This document shows positions 8,586 to 18,362 of a stretch of DNA of 64,000 nucleotides, piece after piece (position 1 is the stretch's first letter; each line of letters starts with the position of its first letter). The stretch spans positions 8,794 through 72,793 of the forward strand of contig CAKOXU010000001.1 of NCBI GenBank assembly GCA_934130235.1, read 5' to 3'. The position numbers and the translations under genes were made by a program. Source of the DNA: an uncultured Bacilli bacterium (GTDB taxonomy: Bacteria > Bacillota_I > Bacilli_A > RF39 > UBA660). The notes under the pieces are model-generated. The model ran no database searches. It saw only the letters and a list, made by a program, of their open reading frames with translations, and had not been told where the DNA came from.

Positions 8586-10106
8586 CTAAATGTACTCTAT
8601 ATAATTATTATAATCTTTAATTAGTTCTTTTATGAATATTGAAGGTCTCTTCTTATCTACTAATAAATATACATCCGTTTTAGTACGCGTTAAAGCTGCA
8701 TAAAAAAGTCTTCTTTCTTCTTCATATGGATAATTATCCTTGGAACGTTTAACATAACTTAAAATTTTCTCATCCTTCATTTTGTTTGGTATACCTAATA
8801 TATCATCTATATTATTTATTATAACAACACATTCGCTTTCTAATCCTTTTGATGCATGAATAGTTAAATACTTTATCTTAATATTCTTATATATTATGTA
8901 ACCATCAACACACTTAAAATATTTATTAATATCAAAATTATTTCTCCCTAGTATTAATATTTCTTTATGTTCTCCTATTACTATATCTAACAGTTTATAT
9001 AAATTATTAGAATACATAATTTTTATAGGCTTTTTAATATGTTTGTTTGATTTTAATTTTTTATATAATTGATGCTTGTTCTTCATAATAAATGAACCAG
9101 CCACATTAATAAGTTCTTGTGAATTTCTATATGTATTATTGATTCTCAGTATTTTTGAATAACCATAGTATTTTTTAAAATTGATAAACATTCCTATATC
9201 ACATCCATTAAATCTATATATAGACTGATAGTCATCTCCAACACATATAATTTTAGCTTTTGTTTTATCTATAATACTTTTTAATAGTAAATATCTAACA
9301 TAAGATGTATCTTGATATTCATCAACTATTATATATTTATATTTTAAATTTGTATCTTTTACTTTATCAATAGACAAAGTTATCATATCATTAAAATCAA
9401 TACTATTAGTACTTTTAAGTTCTTCTTCATACAAATAATAAATATCAAAAATAATACTAACCAAATATTTGTTTTTTTTAATTTTTAAAAAATAATCTAT
9501 TTTATAGTTATTAGTTTTAAATAAATTAATAAATGTTATGACAAGTTTTTTTAGATTTAAAAATTCTTTTGTTTTTAATATTTTACTATATTCAGTATCA
9601 ATATAACCTAAAATGTACTTAAGTCTCATAACCATTTCTGCATTATTATGAATAATACAATTAAAATACTCATCAATAATATATTCCAATGTATCAGTAG
9701 CTGAAATAGTATAACCTTTACCTATAATGTTTAAAGCAAGTTTATGAAATGTATATACCTTTATATTATAGTTATTATACTTTTTTAAATTTTTTTCTAA
9801 ATTTTTAGCAGCTTCTCTAGTAAAAGTAATACAAAGAATATCCTCTTCTTGTATCTGTTTCCTTTCAATTAAATACATAATCTTACCAATCATAGTAAGA
9901 CTTTTCCCACTCCCAGCTCCAGCTACTATAAGAGTAGATGTTTCATCTGTTATTACAGCTTTTCTTTGTTCTAAATCTAAAGAATATCCATTGACATTTG
10001 ATAATAAATTATCTGTATTATAAAGCTCTTTTTTTATAAAAATTTTATTTAATCTATTTATTTTAATTCTACTATATTTACTTTTATAAGTATTATCTAA
10101 ATACAT
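8586..10106 (-). CDS. Compact UvrD/PcrA-like SF1 DNA helicase (506 aa)
   Basis: Motifs I AGAGSGKS, II IIVDEYQD, III VGDDYQSIYRFNG, V TIHASKGLE and VI FYAALTRTKTDVYLL are all present. The 1B/2B accessory domains are very short. Confidence 0.8.
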   Translation of the reverse strand: MYLDNTYKSKYSRIKINRLNKIFIKKELYNTDNLLSNVNGYSLDLEQRKAVITDETSTLIVAGAGSGKSLTMIGKIMYLIERKQIQEEDILCITFTREAAKNLEKNLKKYNNYNIKVYTFHKLALNIIGKGYTISATDTLEYIIDEYFNCIIHNNAEMVMRLKYILGYIDTEYSKILKTKEFLNLKKLVITFINLFKTNNYKIDYFLKIKKNKYLVSIIFDIYYLYEEELKSTNSIDFNDMITLSIDKVKDTNLKYKYIIVDEYQDTSYVRYLLLKSIIDKTKAKIICVGDDYQSIYRFNGCDIGMFINFKKYYGYSKILRINNTYRNSQELINVAGSFIMKNKHQLYKKLKSNKHIKKPIKIMYSNNLYKLLDIVIGEHKEILILGRNNFDINKYFKCVDGYIIYKNIKIKYLTIHASKGLESECVVIINNIDDILGIPNKMKDEKILSYVKRSKDNYPYEEERRLFYAALTRTKTDVYLLVDKKRPSIFIKELIKDYNNYIEYI

Positions 10107-10173
10107 ATTTCCTCCATTTATTTGATTATATATATTTTATATATGTATATCAATAAAGTTCATAAAGTTTTCA

Positions 10174-10201
10174 CAAAAAAAGTAAGCATAGTGCTTACTT
10201 T
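10174..10201 (-). terminator. Rho-independent terminator after the ClpX-like gene
   Basis: AAGTAAGCA-CTAT-GCTTACTT hairpin followed by UUUUUUU on the minus strand. Confidence 0.7.
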
Positions 10202-10206
10202 TAATA

Positions 10207-11721
10207 CTATTTTGAAATACTGTATTTTTTATAATCTTTCACAGTGTCTTTAGTTAAAGTAATCTTTTTAATCTTTTTATCAATCAACACATCATCATAA
10301 ACATCTGCAAGAGTAGATAAAACAATATTCTTTAGTCCTCTAGCTCCTGTACCTAATTTAATAGTTTTTGTAGCAACCTCATCTATATAACCTTTTGTAC
10401 ACTTAAAATCTATTCCTAAATCATATAGATATTCCCTTGTTAAATTCAATTGACTAATATCAGATTTAGTCAAAATTTTTATCATATCAGACTTATCTAA
10501 ATAATTAGTATATGTAACTGTACCTATACGTCCTAAAAATTCACTAGGAACTCCATATTTAATTAAATCTTCATTAGTTATTTTAACATCACTAATATTA
10601 CTACTATCAATAGAATTGTTAAATCCTAAAGATTTATTTTCACTCGTTTTATTTTTATATAACCCTTCAAAAGCACCCATAAATACTATAGTTAAATTCG
10701 ATGTATCAAATAAAACTGTTCTAGCATCAAATGGGCCACCTATATCAAGTTCTATTTTTTCTCTATCCATCATTTTTAGCATCGAATATAGAACATCATA
10801 ACCAGTTGGACCAGTTGTATCAGTAAGCTTTTTATCTATTTCATCCACTATTAAAATACCATTTTGAGCCGCTTCTATATCATCATCTGCAGCAGTAATT
10901 AACCCTTCTAACATACTATAAACACTTTTGCCTACATAACCCTCTTTTGTATATGCAGTAGCATCTGCTTTAAAAACTGGAACATTTAATTCACGCGCTA
11001 TTATATTCATTATCTCAGTTTTACCAGTTCCCGTAGGACCCGCTATTAAAATATGTGATTTATGCTTTGGATTATTAGATAAAAAGTTAGTTATTATTGT
11101 TCTCGTAACATCATCTACAGCTTTTTGCTGCGAAATAATACTTTTGTTAACAGTTTTTCTAAGTCTCTTTAAATTTATATTAGATATTGTTCCAGCTGAT
11201 GTCTTAGTTTCTTTTTTTATATCTTTTAGCGCGAGTTTTACCTTTTCATTAAGTTCAATCATTTGTTTTTTAAAATCAGGAAATGTATCCTCATTCATAT
11301 TAAGTAGTTCTTCTAATGGTATATTAACATGCAATTTATAAGATTCATCATAATCAAAGCTAATGTTCTCTTCCTCAACTGTAAAGTTTGAAAAATTAAA
11401 TTTGATTAAATCATATTCGTTAATATCTTCGTTATAAACATTGGCATAATAATCTGAATAATTATCCATAAAATACTTTCTAATCATTTCAACCTCTGTT
11501 AATTCTCCATCGTTATAAAGTGAATCTAATTTATCTTCCTCAATAGCCTCACTGTAATACTTACCATTATTTACTACAGGATCTACTATAGGTTCATATA
11601 CGACACCTAAAGCAGACTGAAAATCGCCATTTTCAAGCATATCACCCTTTATAGCTGATATAGGAACATAAAGAAAATCAGCCTCATTTAACTCGACTTT
11701 TTTATATATAATTGCTACCAT
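10207..11721 (-). CDS. ClpX-family AAA+ unfoldase paralog with a non-canonical ~215-aa acidic N-domain and no zinc-binding domain
   Basis: Walker A GPTGTGKTE, pore-1 loop TKEGYVGKS, Walker B ILIVDEIDK, sensor-2 GTGARGLKNIV, and LGF in the IGF-loop position. The N-terminal region is D/E/N/Y-rich with no Cys4 motif. Confidence 0.8.
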   Translation of the reverse strand: MVAIIYKKVELNEADFLYVPISAIKGDMLENGDFQSALGVVYEPIVDPVVNNGKYYSEAIEEDKLDSLYNDGELTEVEMIRKYFMDNYSDYYANVYNEDINEYDLIKFNFSNFTVEEENISFDYDESYKLHVNIPLEELLNMNEDTFPDFKKQMIELNEKVKLALKDIKKETKTSAGTISNINLKRLRKTVNKSIISQQKAVDDVTRTIITNFLSNNPKHKSHILIAGPTGTGKTEIMNIIARELNVPVFKADATAYTKEGYVGKSVYSMLEGLITAADDDIEAAQNGILIVDEIDKKLTDTTGPTGYDVLYSMLKMMDREKIELDIGGPFDARTVLFDTSNLTIVFMGAFEGLYKNKTSENKSLGFNNSIDSSNISDVKITNEDLIKYGVPSEFLGRIGTVTYTNYLDKSDMIKILTKSDISQLNLTREYLYDLGIDFKCTKGYIDEVATKTIKLGTGARGLKNIVLSTLADVYDDVLIDKKIKKITLTKDTVKDYKKYSISK

Positions 11722-11743
11722 ATTTATCCCCCCAAATTAACAA

Positions 11744-11977
11744 TTATTTATTAGTATTAGTGTAATAATTATATTCAGCAAGCGCATATGATACATAATC
11801 TAACTCTTCACTATACTCATAATTAAGAATACTTTCAATATCATAAATCAATTCAGATACATTATTATAATTATCAATATTTATATTATATTGTTTTAAA
11901 ATAGCTAGATTCTTATCAGAAATATAAATATTATTATGCATTTTAAGAAAATCTTCATCATGCGCGACAAAATCCAT
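11744..11977 (-). CDS. Small acidic hypothetical protein encoded 22 nt upstream of the ClpX-like gene
   Basis: Start set at MDFVAHDE, which has an AGGTGA RBS and a TGtTATAAT extended -10 just upstream. The ORF-track start lies 10 codons upstream. Confidence 0.45.
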   Translation of the reverse strand: MDFVAHDEDFLKMHNNIYISDKNLAILKQYNINIDNYNNVSELIYDIESILNYEYSEELDYVSYALAEYNYYTNTNK

Positions 11978-12060
11978 AATATCACCTACACGTATTATAA
12001 CACACAAACTTGACTTTTAAACAAAAAGATGTATAATATAAGCATTTGAAGGGGGATTTT

Positions 12061-12984
12061 ATGAAAGAAATAGTAATAAATCATAACGGAGAGGTGTATA
12101 CTGGATTTAAACAACCACCTCTATCAGATAAAAAATATTTAACTAAAAAGGATAATTGTTTTGATAATTTAATCGATTTTGATAAATTAGAAGTAGAATA
12201 TAGTGAACAAAAAAGAATCAAAAAAGAAAAAAAACATGACAACACTGATGGTTACTATAGAGACTGTGGTAAAGGTACTATACCAAACAAACATCTTAAA
12301 ACTATGTTTAAAGATTTAACTAAAAACAAAAAGAAAAGATTTATTATTTCTAGTGCTATGCAAAAGCTAGAAATGGTTAAAACAAGAGATAATCTTATTA
12401 ATACGCTTAATTTTTTAATTGAAGGTTATATGATTCCAGCAAGTACTAATGAATATGATGATGAAATTAAAAATGAATATGCTAGAGCTAGAATTATGGA
12501 AATGAAAGCCGAAAATGTTGATTATATATTAAGATCACTTGAAGAATACCCCGAATTAACTCTTTCAACAATGATAAAAGGTATCATTGACAACTATCAA
12601 AAAATATATATTGAATCTTTATCAGAACATAAATTGTTAGAATCAGAAATAATTAAATTAACTACAAGTAATATGGATGAAGTATTTACACATATAAACG
12701 AAAAGTTTATCGGTACATCTAAAGAAACCGGCTTATATAATTATTGTTGTAAAAAAGTTGGAAGTATTTTAGATGATACATATATTAATACACATAGTTT
12801 TCACTTATGTTCAGATTGCGATCCGGATATATTCTTAAGTTGTCCTAAAATATTAGATAATAGATTTAAAAAAGATCATTATGATTTTATAGATGAATCA
12901 CTTATAGTTAAAGATACAGAAACAAATGAAATAGACAGTTATGTAGTACAAAAATGTAAAAGATTTAAAAATAGCACTCGATAA
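12061..12984 (+). CDS. Hypothetical protein with a C-terminal Cys cluster (CSDCDPDIFLSCP)
   Basis: ATG at 12061 preceded by a GAAGGGGG RBS and a TGTATAAT -10. The ORF track starts it at a TTG 15 nt upstream. Confidence 0.5.
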   Translation: MKEIVINHNGEVYTGFKQPPLSDKKYLTKKDNCFDNLIDFDKLEVEYSEQKRIKKEKKHDNTDGYYRDCGKGTIPNKHLKTMFKDLTKNKKKRFIISSAMQKLEMVKTRDNLINTLNFLIEGYMIPASTNEYDDEIKNEYARARIMEMKAENVDYILRSLEEYPELTLSTMIKGIIDNYQKIYIESLSEHKLLESEIIKLTTSNMDEVFTHINEKFIGTSKETGLYNYCCKKVGSILDDTYINTHSFHLCSDCDPDIFLSCPKILDNRFKKDHYDFIDESLIVKDTETNEIDSYVVQKCKRFKNSTR

Positions 12985-12998
12985 TAATCGAGTGCTTT

Positions 12999-13613
12999 TT
13001 AATCAAATATTAAATCAGGTAAATCCTTTTTCTTTTCATTATCAAATTTTTTTAGTTTTATTGATGCAGATATTAATAAATTTATAAGAATCCATCCTAC
13101 AAATATTGCCATATTTAATTCCAACAAAGCAAGCATACTTTTGTTAGAGTAAGTTACTAATGGCTCATAAACATCTATATTATTACTACTAACTATTCCT
13201 ACTACAAGCAGTAATAATAAATCCATTAATATTGAACATATCATATTAACTATTTTAAATTTTCTATTAGTTTGAGGCTTAAAAATAGGAACTATTAGTG
13301 AACTATTAACCACAACTATAGATATAACATATACAACTATATTTGGAAAGAACAATGCCATAAAAACAGCATCAAAGAAATTATCAAGTATGTTTAAAAT
13401 GGTTTGATTATAATTTACAAATATAATTAATGAAACAAGTACACAAAAGAATATAAAAACATATTTATTAATTCTTTTATTTTTTATAATACTTATAATA
13501 AAATAAACTAAAAATACTATTGTAGCCAATGAAAATGAAAAGAAAAGAGGTGAAGAAGATACTACATTAAATAATACACCTATCTTTTCTATTAATGTAA
13601 TATCATTCACCAT
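12999..13613 (-). CDS. Polytopic membrane protein of unknown function
   Basis: 5-6 hydrophobic helices. Sits 13 nt downstream of the sortase gene. Confidence 0.5.
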   Translation of the reverse strand: MVNDITLIEKIGVLFNVVSSSPLFFSFSLATIVFLVYFIISIIKNKRINKYVFIFFCVLVSLIIFVNYNQTILNILDNFFDAVFMALFFPNIVVYVISIVVVNSSLIVPIFKPQTNRKFKIVNMICSILMDLLLLLVVGIVSSNNIDVYEPLVTYSNKSMLALLELNMAIFVGWILINLLISASIKLKKFDNEKKKDLPDLIFD

Positions 13614-13625
13614 TTCACCTCTTTC

Positions 13626-14312
13626 TTATTGTAATTCTAAAATATAAACAGATTGTTCATGATTACTACCGCGAGTACAAGTAATTAATGTCAACGTACT
13701 TTTAGAAGAATCTCTAAATATTGCCACCTCACCTGTTTTTTCAACTGTATATATATTTGCAATCTTATAAGTATATTTTTTGCCACCATAAGTTAAATAT
13801 GCCAAATCACCTAATTTAAGTTTGTATAATTTATCAAAATAGCAATATGAACAATTTCCCGAATGGGCAGCTAAAATTAAATTATTATTTTCTTCATCTG
13901 GATAAGTTGATCCTCTAATAACAGTAACATTTCTCGATACTCTATTTCTATTAGAATTTAAATCAAAAAATCCTCTCTTTAAATTTATTTTTGGTATCTC
14001 TAATACTCCTAAATAACTTACAGTACCCGTACTTGGTGTAGGAGTTGGTGTTGGTTTAGTATCAACTGTGTCAGTTGGTTCTTCTTCAGTATTATCACCT
14101 GTATCTGGATTAGAATCAGTATTTTCTGGAGTCTTTGATGTATCTATATTTTCTGGCATCTCAGATTCAAATAACTTAATATTCATCTCAGAAAAGGCTT
14201 TTTCTCTTTTTGAAACTAAATATTCTGAACTAATCATAAAAATACCAGTACAAACAAGCAATAAACCTATAAATAAAACCGTACTAGTTTTAAGTTCAAG
14301 CTTTTTTTTCAT
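13626..14312 (-). CDS. Sortase, a class A/B-like transpeptidase
   Basis: N-terminal TM, a Pro/Thr linker TKPTPTPTPS, catalytic His in LILAAHSG and the TLxTC Cys motif as TLITCT. Confidence 0.75.
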   Translation of the reverse strand: MKKKLELKTSTVLFIGLLLVCTGIFMISSEYLVSKREKAFSEMNIKLFESEMPENIDTSKTPENTDSNPDTGDNTEEEPTDTVDTKPTPTPTPSTGTVSYLGVLEIPKINLKRGFFDLNSNRNRVSRNVTVIRGSTYPDEENNNLILAAHSGNCSYCYFDKLYKLKLGDLAYLTYGGKKYTYKIANIYTVEKTGEVAIFRDSSKSTLTLITCTRGSNHEQSVYILELQ

Positions 14313-15073
14313 CGCCTTAAATGACCGCCTATATTGTCATCATACTCAAGATTATAAGATTCTCCTGCAAGAACTGCTTCTTTCATTTCTTTTGACTCAT
14401 AATCATCTCTTAACAAATTACTATCATACGTACTAGTAGTAGGCTCATAACTTTTGGCTATTTCAGATCTATTCTCCAATTCTTCTTGATCATAATGTCC
14501 AGCTAAAACAAAGCCACCCAATATAACAGCTGCACCCGCTGTAACAGCAATAGTTGTTTTTAATTTATCATACTTATTAACCCTATTTACTCTAGCTTTT
14601 TCAGGTTTAACTCTTCTTTGAATATCATTATTAGCAGTCATTATTAAACTAACCAATTTTCTTTGTGAAGATGCATCCATTCCATATAATTCAGAAGCCT
14701 TATAACCATTAATAATTTGATCAAAATCACTAATAACTATCTTAGTTGTATAATCATTATTAGCAGGAGTATAATGAATATTTTCATCAGATAAAGCAGG
14801 ATTGTCAACAACAAAACCTTTTCTTACAGAAATATTTGGCATTCTAAAAACTAAATTATTCCCTTCTATATTAAAAGTGCCCTTTACTGTCTTTCCTTCT
14901 AAAACTTTACTTATTTCATCTAAAACTCTTGAAATCTCGTCATTTCCTTCGTTAGTAAGATTATTATAACTTCCAATATAATCAATATTAGTATTACTTA
15001 TTTTATTTTCTGAAAGCACAAGTTGACTTACACCACTCAATTTTATAACTTTAATCTTTTTTTCTAATTCCAT
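14309..15073 (-). CDS. Hypothetical single-pass membrane protein with an acidic C-terminal tail
   Basis: Overlaps the sortase start by 4 nt. TM helix TTIAVTAGAAVILGGFVLAG. No LPXTG motif. Confidence 0.5.
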   Translation of the reverse strand: MELEKKIKVIKLSGVSQLVLSENKISNTNIDYIGSYNNLTNEGNDEISRVLDEISKVLEGKTVKGTFNIEGNNLVFRMPNISVRKGFVVDNPALSDENIHYTPANNDYTTKIVISDFDQIINGYKASELYGMDASSQRKLVSLIMTANNDIQRRVKPEKARVNRVNKYDKLKTTIAVTAGAAVILGGFVLAGHYDQEELENRSEIAKSYEPTTSTYDSNLLRDDYESKEMKEAVLAGESYNLEYDDNIGGHLRR

Positions 15074-15074
15074 A

Positions 15075-15335
15075 TTATATTTCTCCTTTAAATTTTTTTT
15101 CTAACATAGCATCAACAAGCGCCCATTCATATTCTTCTTCTATACTTTTCAAAACATAGTTACCATCTTCAAGTATAAATCTAGAAGCATAATTTTCTAA
15201 TTTACCCTCTAAGTCTTTTGTTCCATCTTGATAAACTATATAATTTATATTGTTCTCTTCATCTCTAAAAGTCATAACAATTTTACAATTTATTTCTTCA
15301 CCATTATTAATTATTTTAAACCCCATTTTATTCAC
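15075..15335 (-). CDS. DUF1292 / UPF0473-like small protein
   Basis: About 86 aa. The pattern ...FRDEENNINYIVYQ...EDGNYVLKSIEEEYEWALVDAML resembles YrzB-type DUF1292. Confidence 0.45.
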   Translation of the reverse strand: MNKMGFKIINNGEEINCKIVMTFRDEENNINYIVYQDGTKDLEGKLENYASRFILEDGNYVLKSIEEEYEWALVDAMLEKKFKGEI

Positions 15336-15397
15336 CTACCTATATACAATTATTATAACAATAAAACTATTATTTTTCAATCTATTTTATTGTTCAT

Positions 15398-16051
15398 TTA
15401 CACTTTTTTGTCTATTAATTTAATAAACAAATCAGGAATATCTATATCAAGCTCTACCTTACTATTACTTTTAGGATGAGTAAAACATATATAATTTGCA
15501 TGTAAACACAATCTCCTTACACCATCCTTTTTACCATATTTTGAATCTCCTACTATAGGATGATTAATATCACTAAATTGAACCCTTATTTGATTTTTTC
15601 TACCAGTTTTTAAATTAATTGAAATCAAAGAATAATTATTGCTTTCAAGTATTTTCTCATATTCCAATATTGCAAGCTTACCCTTAGTATCCTTAACTGC
15701 ATACGTATGTAAGGTTTTTGTCTCCATTAAATAACTTTTTAAAACACCTTTATTTTTTACACTGCCATGAACTAAAGCAGCATATCCTCTGTTAACCTCA
15801 GTCCAATTTTCTTGTAAATAAAATTTCGTACTTATATCTTTAGCAAATACAACTATTCCCGAAGTATCTTTATCTAATCTATGAACAATAAATACTTTAT
15901 TATTTTTGTTTTTTGACTTCAGATACTCATATACATAGTGAAAAAGCGTTCTTTCTTTTTCCTTGTTTGTAGATACAGTAAGTAATCCAGAAGGCTTGTT
16001 AACAATTATCATATACTTATCTTCATACAAAATATCTAATTTCTTTTTCAT
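15398..16051 (-). CDS. RluA-family pseudouridine synthase
   Basis: HRLDKDTSGIVVFAK catalytic-Asp motif. Confidence 0.8.
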   Translation of the reverse strand: MKKKLDILYEDKYMIIVNKPSGLLTVSTNKEKERTLFHYVYEYLKSKNKNNKVFIVHRLDKDTSGIVVFAKDISTKFYLQENWTEVNRGYAALVHGSVKNKGVLKSYLMETKTLHTYAVKDTKGKLAILEYEKILESNNYSLISINLKTGRKNQIRVQFSDINHPIVGDSKYGKKDGVRRLCLHANYICFTHPKSNSKVELDIDIPDLFIKLIDKKV

Positions 16052-16123
16052 AAATCCACCTAATTAATTATAACACACATTGTAAAAAAAGAATAAGAAT
16101 GTTATAATACTTTTGGTGATTAT

Positions 16124-17140
16124 ATGAATAGTTTTTTAGAAGAAATAGAAAAATATGCGCGTGATATTGAATATCCTTATAAATCAATTAGTATAAACAC
16201 ACTTTCTTTGCCAGATATAATGTATGAAATTATTTGGAACATTATAGGCTATAATAAAAGTTATGATAATTTTAGATTAGAAAATATATTAATACTGTTT
16301 AATGACAATTACGAAGCATGTTTAAGCATTTTAAATCCAATAAAAAAACAAGTATACGTTATAAAACAAGATCAGCAACATTTCACAGTCCAAAAGGCTA
16401 TATTTATAAAAGAAAAAGATTTTTTATATGATATTAGAAAAAGATATGATGAACATTATTTTTCAGCATTAAGTAAATTACCGCTAAATGAAAGGAAATT
16501 TATTAAAAATAGTAACGAAAAAGAAAATATGTTTGTAAATGAAATGCTTACATCATTAAATAAAATTAAGCAATATCTTTATTGGACTAAATTACAAAAA
16601 AGTATCATGGAAGATTATAAATATAAAGAAAGAATTCGATTTGAATCTAATGAAATAGATAATGATGCAAATATAAAAACAGAATATCAAAAAACTACAA
16701 TTCCTGAGGCACATGAAAGAAAACATGATATAGTATCTTTTTTAAAAAGGCATGATGTTTCTAGTAAATATAAACCCGATTATGATTTTTTCGCGACAGA
16801 AGAAAACTCTCAAGAAGTATATTATGTTAAAGTATTTTTAAATAGAGCTAGAAAGTGTAAAATAATAATGGAACCTAAAAATGCGACTAAATATACTCTT
16901 GTTAAACATATTGATTCAGCAAAGTTAAATGAACAAGAAGTTAAAAAAATTGCAATTGATACACTTAAATTAACAAATAAACAAATAACTGATGCTAAAG
17001 ATATTACTAGACATACAAACACTTCTATTGAAGATTATAAAAAACTTCTCAAGTTTTTACTTGAAGATATTAATGATGTAAATCCTAATACTGCTAAAAG
17101 AATAAAAGAAGCAGAAAATAATGCAAAAAGAACGTTTTAA
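16124..17140 (+). CDS. Hypothetical protein (338 aa)
   Basis: Long ORF with compositional bias and no recognisable motif. Confidence 0.5.
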   Translation: MNSFLEEIEKYARDIEYPYKSISINTLSLPDIMYEIIWNIIGYNKSYDNFRLENILILFNDNYEACLSILNPIKKQVYVIKQDQQHFTVQKAIFIKEKDFLYDIRKRYDEHYFSALSKLPLNERKFIKNSNEKENMFVNEMLTSLNKIKQYLYWTKLQKSIMEDYKYKERIRFESNEIDNDANIKTEYQKTTIPEAHERKHDIVSFLKRHDVSSKYKPDYDFFATEENSQEVYYVKVFLNRARKCKIIMEPKNATKYTLVKHIDSAKLNEQEVKKIAIDTLKLTNKQITDAKDITRHTNTSIEDYKKLLKFLLEDINDVNPNTAKRIKEAENNAKRTF

Positions 17141-18360
17141 ACGTTCTTTTTTAATCTATCAATCGCATAACTTAATCCAAGCTTTCCATATTCGTATGTA
17201 AATGATCCCTGCTGATATGCTATATAAGGTTTTCTAATTGGACCATCACATGAAAGTTCTATTGAACTTCCATTTGTAAATGTACCTGCAGCCATTATAA
17301 CTTTATCACTATAACCAGGCATATCCCATGGTGTTGGTATAGAAAAACTATCTACAGGAGACCCCTCTTGTATACCCTGGCAGTACTTAATTAAATCTTC
17401 ACTATTATTAAATATAATATTTTGTACTATATCAGCTCTAATATCATTATATTTAGGCTCAACTTCATATCCGAGCTTTTCTAATGTATAGCTTGTTAAA
17501 ATTGCAGTTTTTAATGCTGATCTTACTACATTAGGTGCATTAAATAATCCCATCAATATTTCTCTATTCATATTCATAGATGGACCTATTTCTTTACCTT
17601 CTCCGGGAACGGTAAGCCTTTCACTTATTAAATCTATTAAATCAGAATCTCCTACTATATAAGCACCACTTCTAGCTATACAACCTCCCAAATTTTTAAT
17701 CAAAGACCCAACGCATACATTAGCACCTATTTCTATTGGCTCTTTTTTATTTACAAACTCACAATAACAATTATCTATCATTATAATTATAGAGTTATCT
17801 ATTTTTTTAACACAATCTATAAGTTTTTCTAATTTATCAATTGTAATACTCTTTCTTGTTGAATAACCTTTTGATCTTTGTACATATAGCAACTTAACAG
17901 AAGACTTTTTTAATCTTTCAATAATCATATCATAATCAAAATCATTATTTACTAAGTCAATTTGTTCATAATTAATGCCAAAACTCATTAATGATGAATT
18001 ATTTTTTTTAAGTCCAATAACCTCGTGCAACGTATCATACGGAGTTCCACTTACACATAACATCGTATCATTCGGTCTCAATATACCAAAAAGTGCTACC
18101 GTTAAGGCATGAGTCCCACTAATAAGTTGACTTCTTACTAAAGCTGATTGACTTTTAAAAATTGTCGCATAAATACTTTCGATCTTATCTCTACCTATAT
18201 CCGAATATCCATATCCAGTGGTTGTATTAAAATGCACCTCTGATAATTTATTTAACTTAAAAGATTCTAAAACTTTATTACTATTATAAAGACACACTTC
18301 ATCGACATCCTTGTATATATCAACTAAATCTTTTTCATATTCATTTAATACATCTAACAT
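17137..18360 (-). CDS. Methionine gamma-lyase family protein (YnbB / aluminium-resistance-protein family, PLP-dependent)
   Basis: NKVLESFKLNKLSEVHFNTTTGYGYSDIGRDKIESIYATIF...SGTHALTVALFGILRPNDTML...GTPYDTLHEVIG matches the PF06838 N-terminus. Confidence 0.75.
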   Translation of the reverse strand: MLDVLNEYEKDLVDIYKDVDEVCLYNSNKVLESFKLNKLSEVHFNTTTGYGYSDIGRDKIESIYATIFKSQSALVRSQLISGTHALTVALFGILRPNDTMLCVSGTPYDTLHEVIGLKKNNSSLMSFGINYEQIDLVNNDFDYDMIIERLKKSSVKLLYVQRSKGYSTRKSITIDKLEKLIDCVKKIDNSIIIMIDNCYCEFVNKKEPIEIGANVCVGSLIKNLGGCIARSGAYIVGDSDLIDLISERLTVPGEGKEIGPSMNMNREILMGLFNAPNVVRSALKTAILTSYTLEKLGYEVEPKYNDIRADIVQNIIFNNSEDLIKYCQGIQEGSPVDSFSIPTPWDMPGYSDKVIMAAGTFTNGSSIELSCDGPIRKPYIAYQQGSFTYEYGKLGLSYAIDRLKKNV

Positions 18361-18362
18361 AT

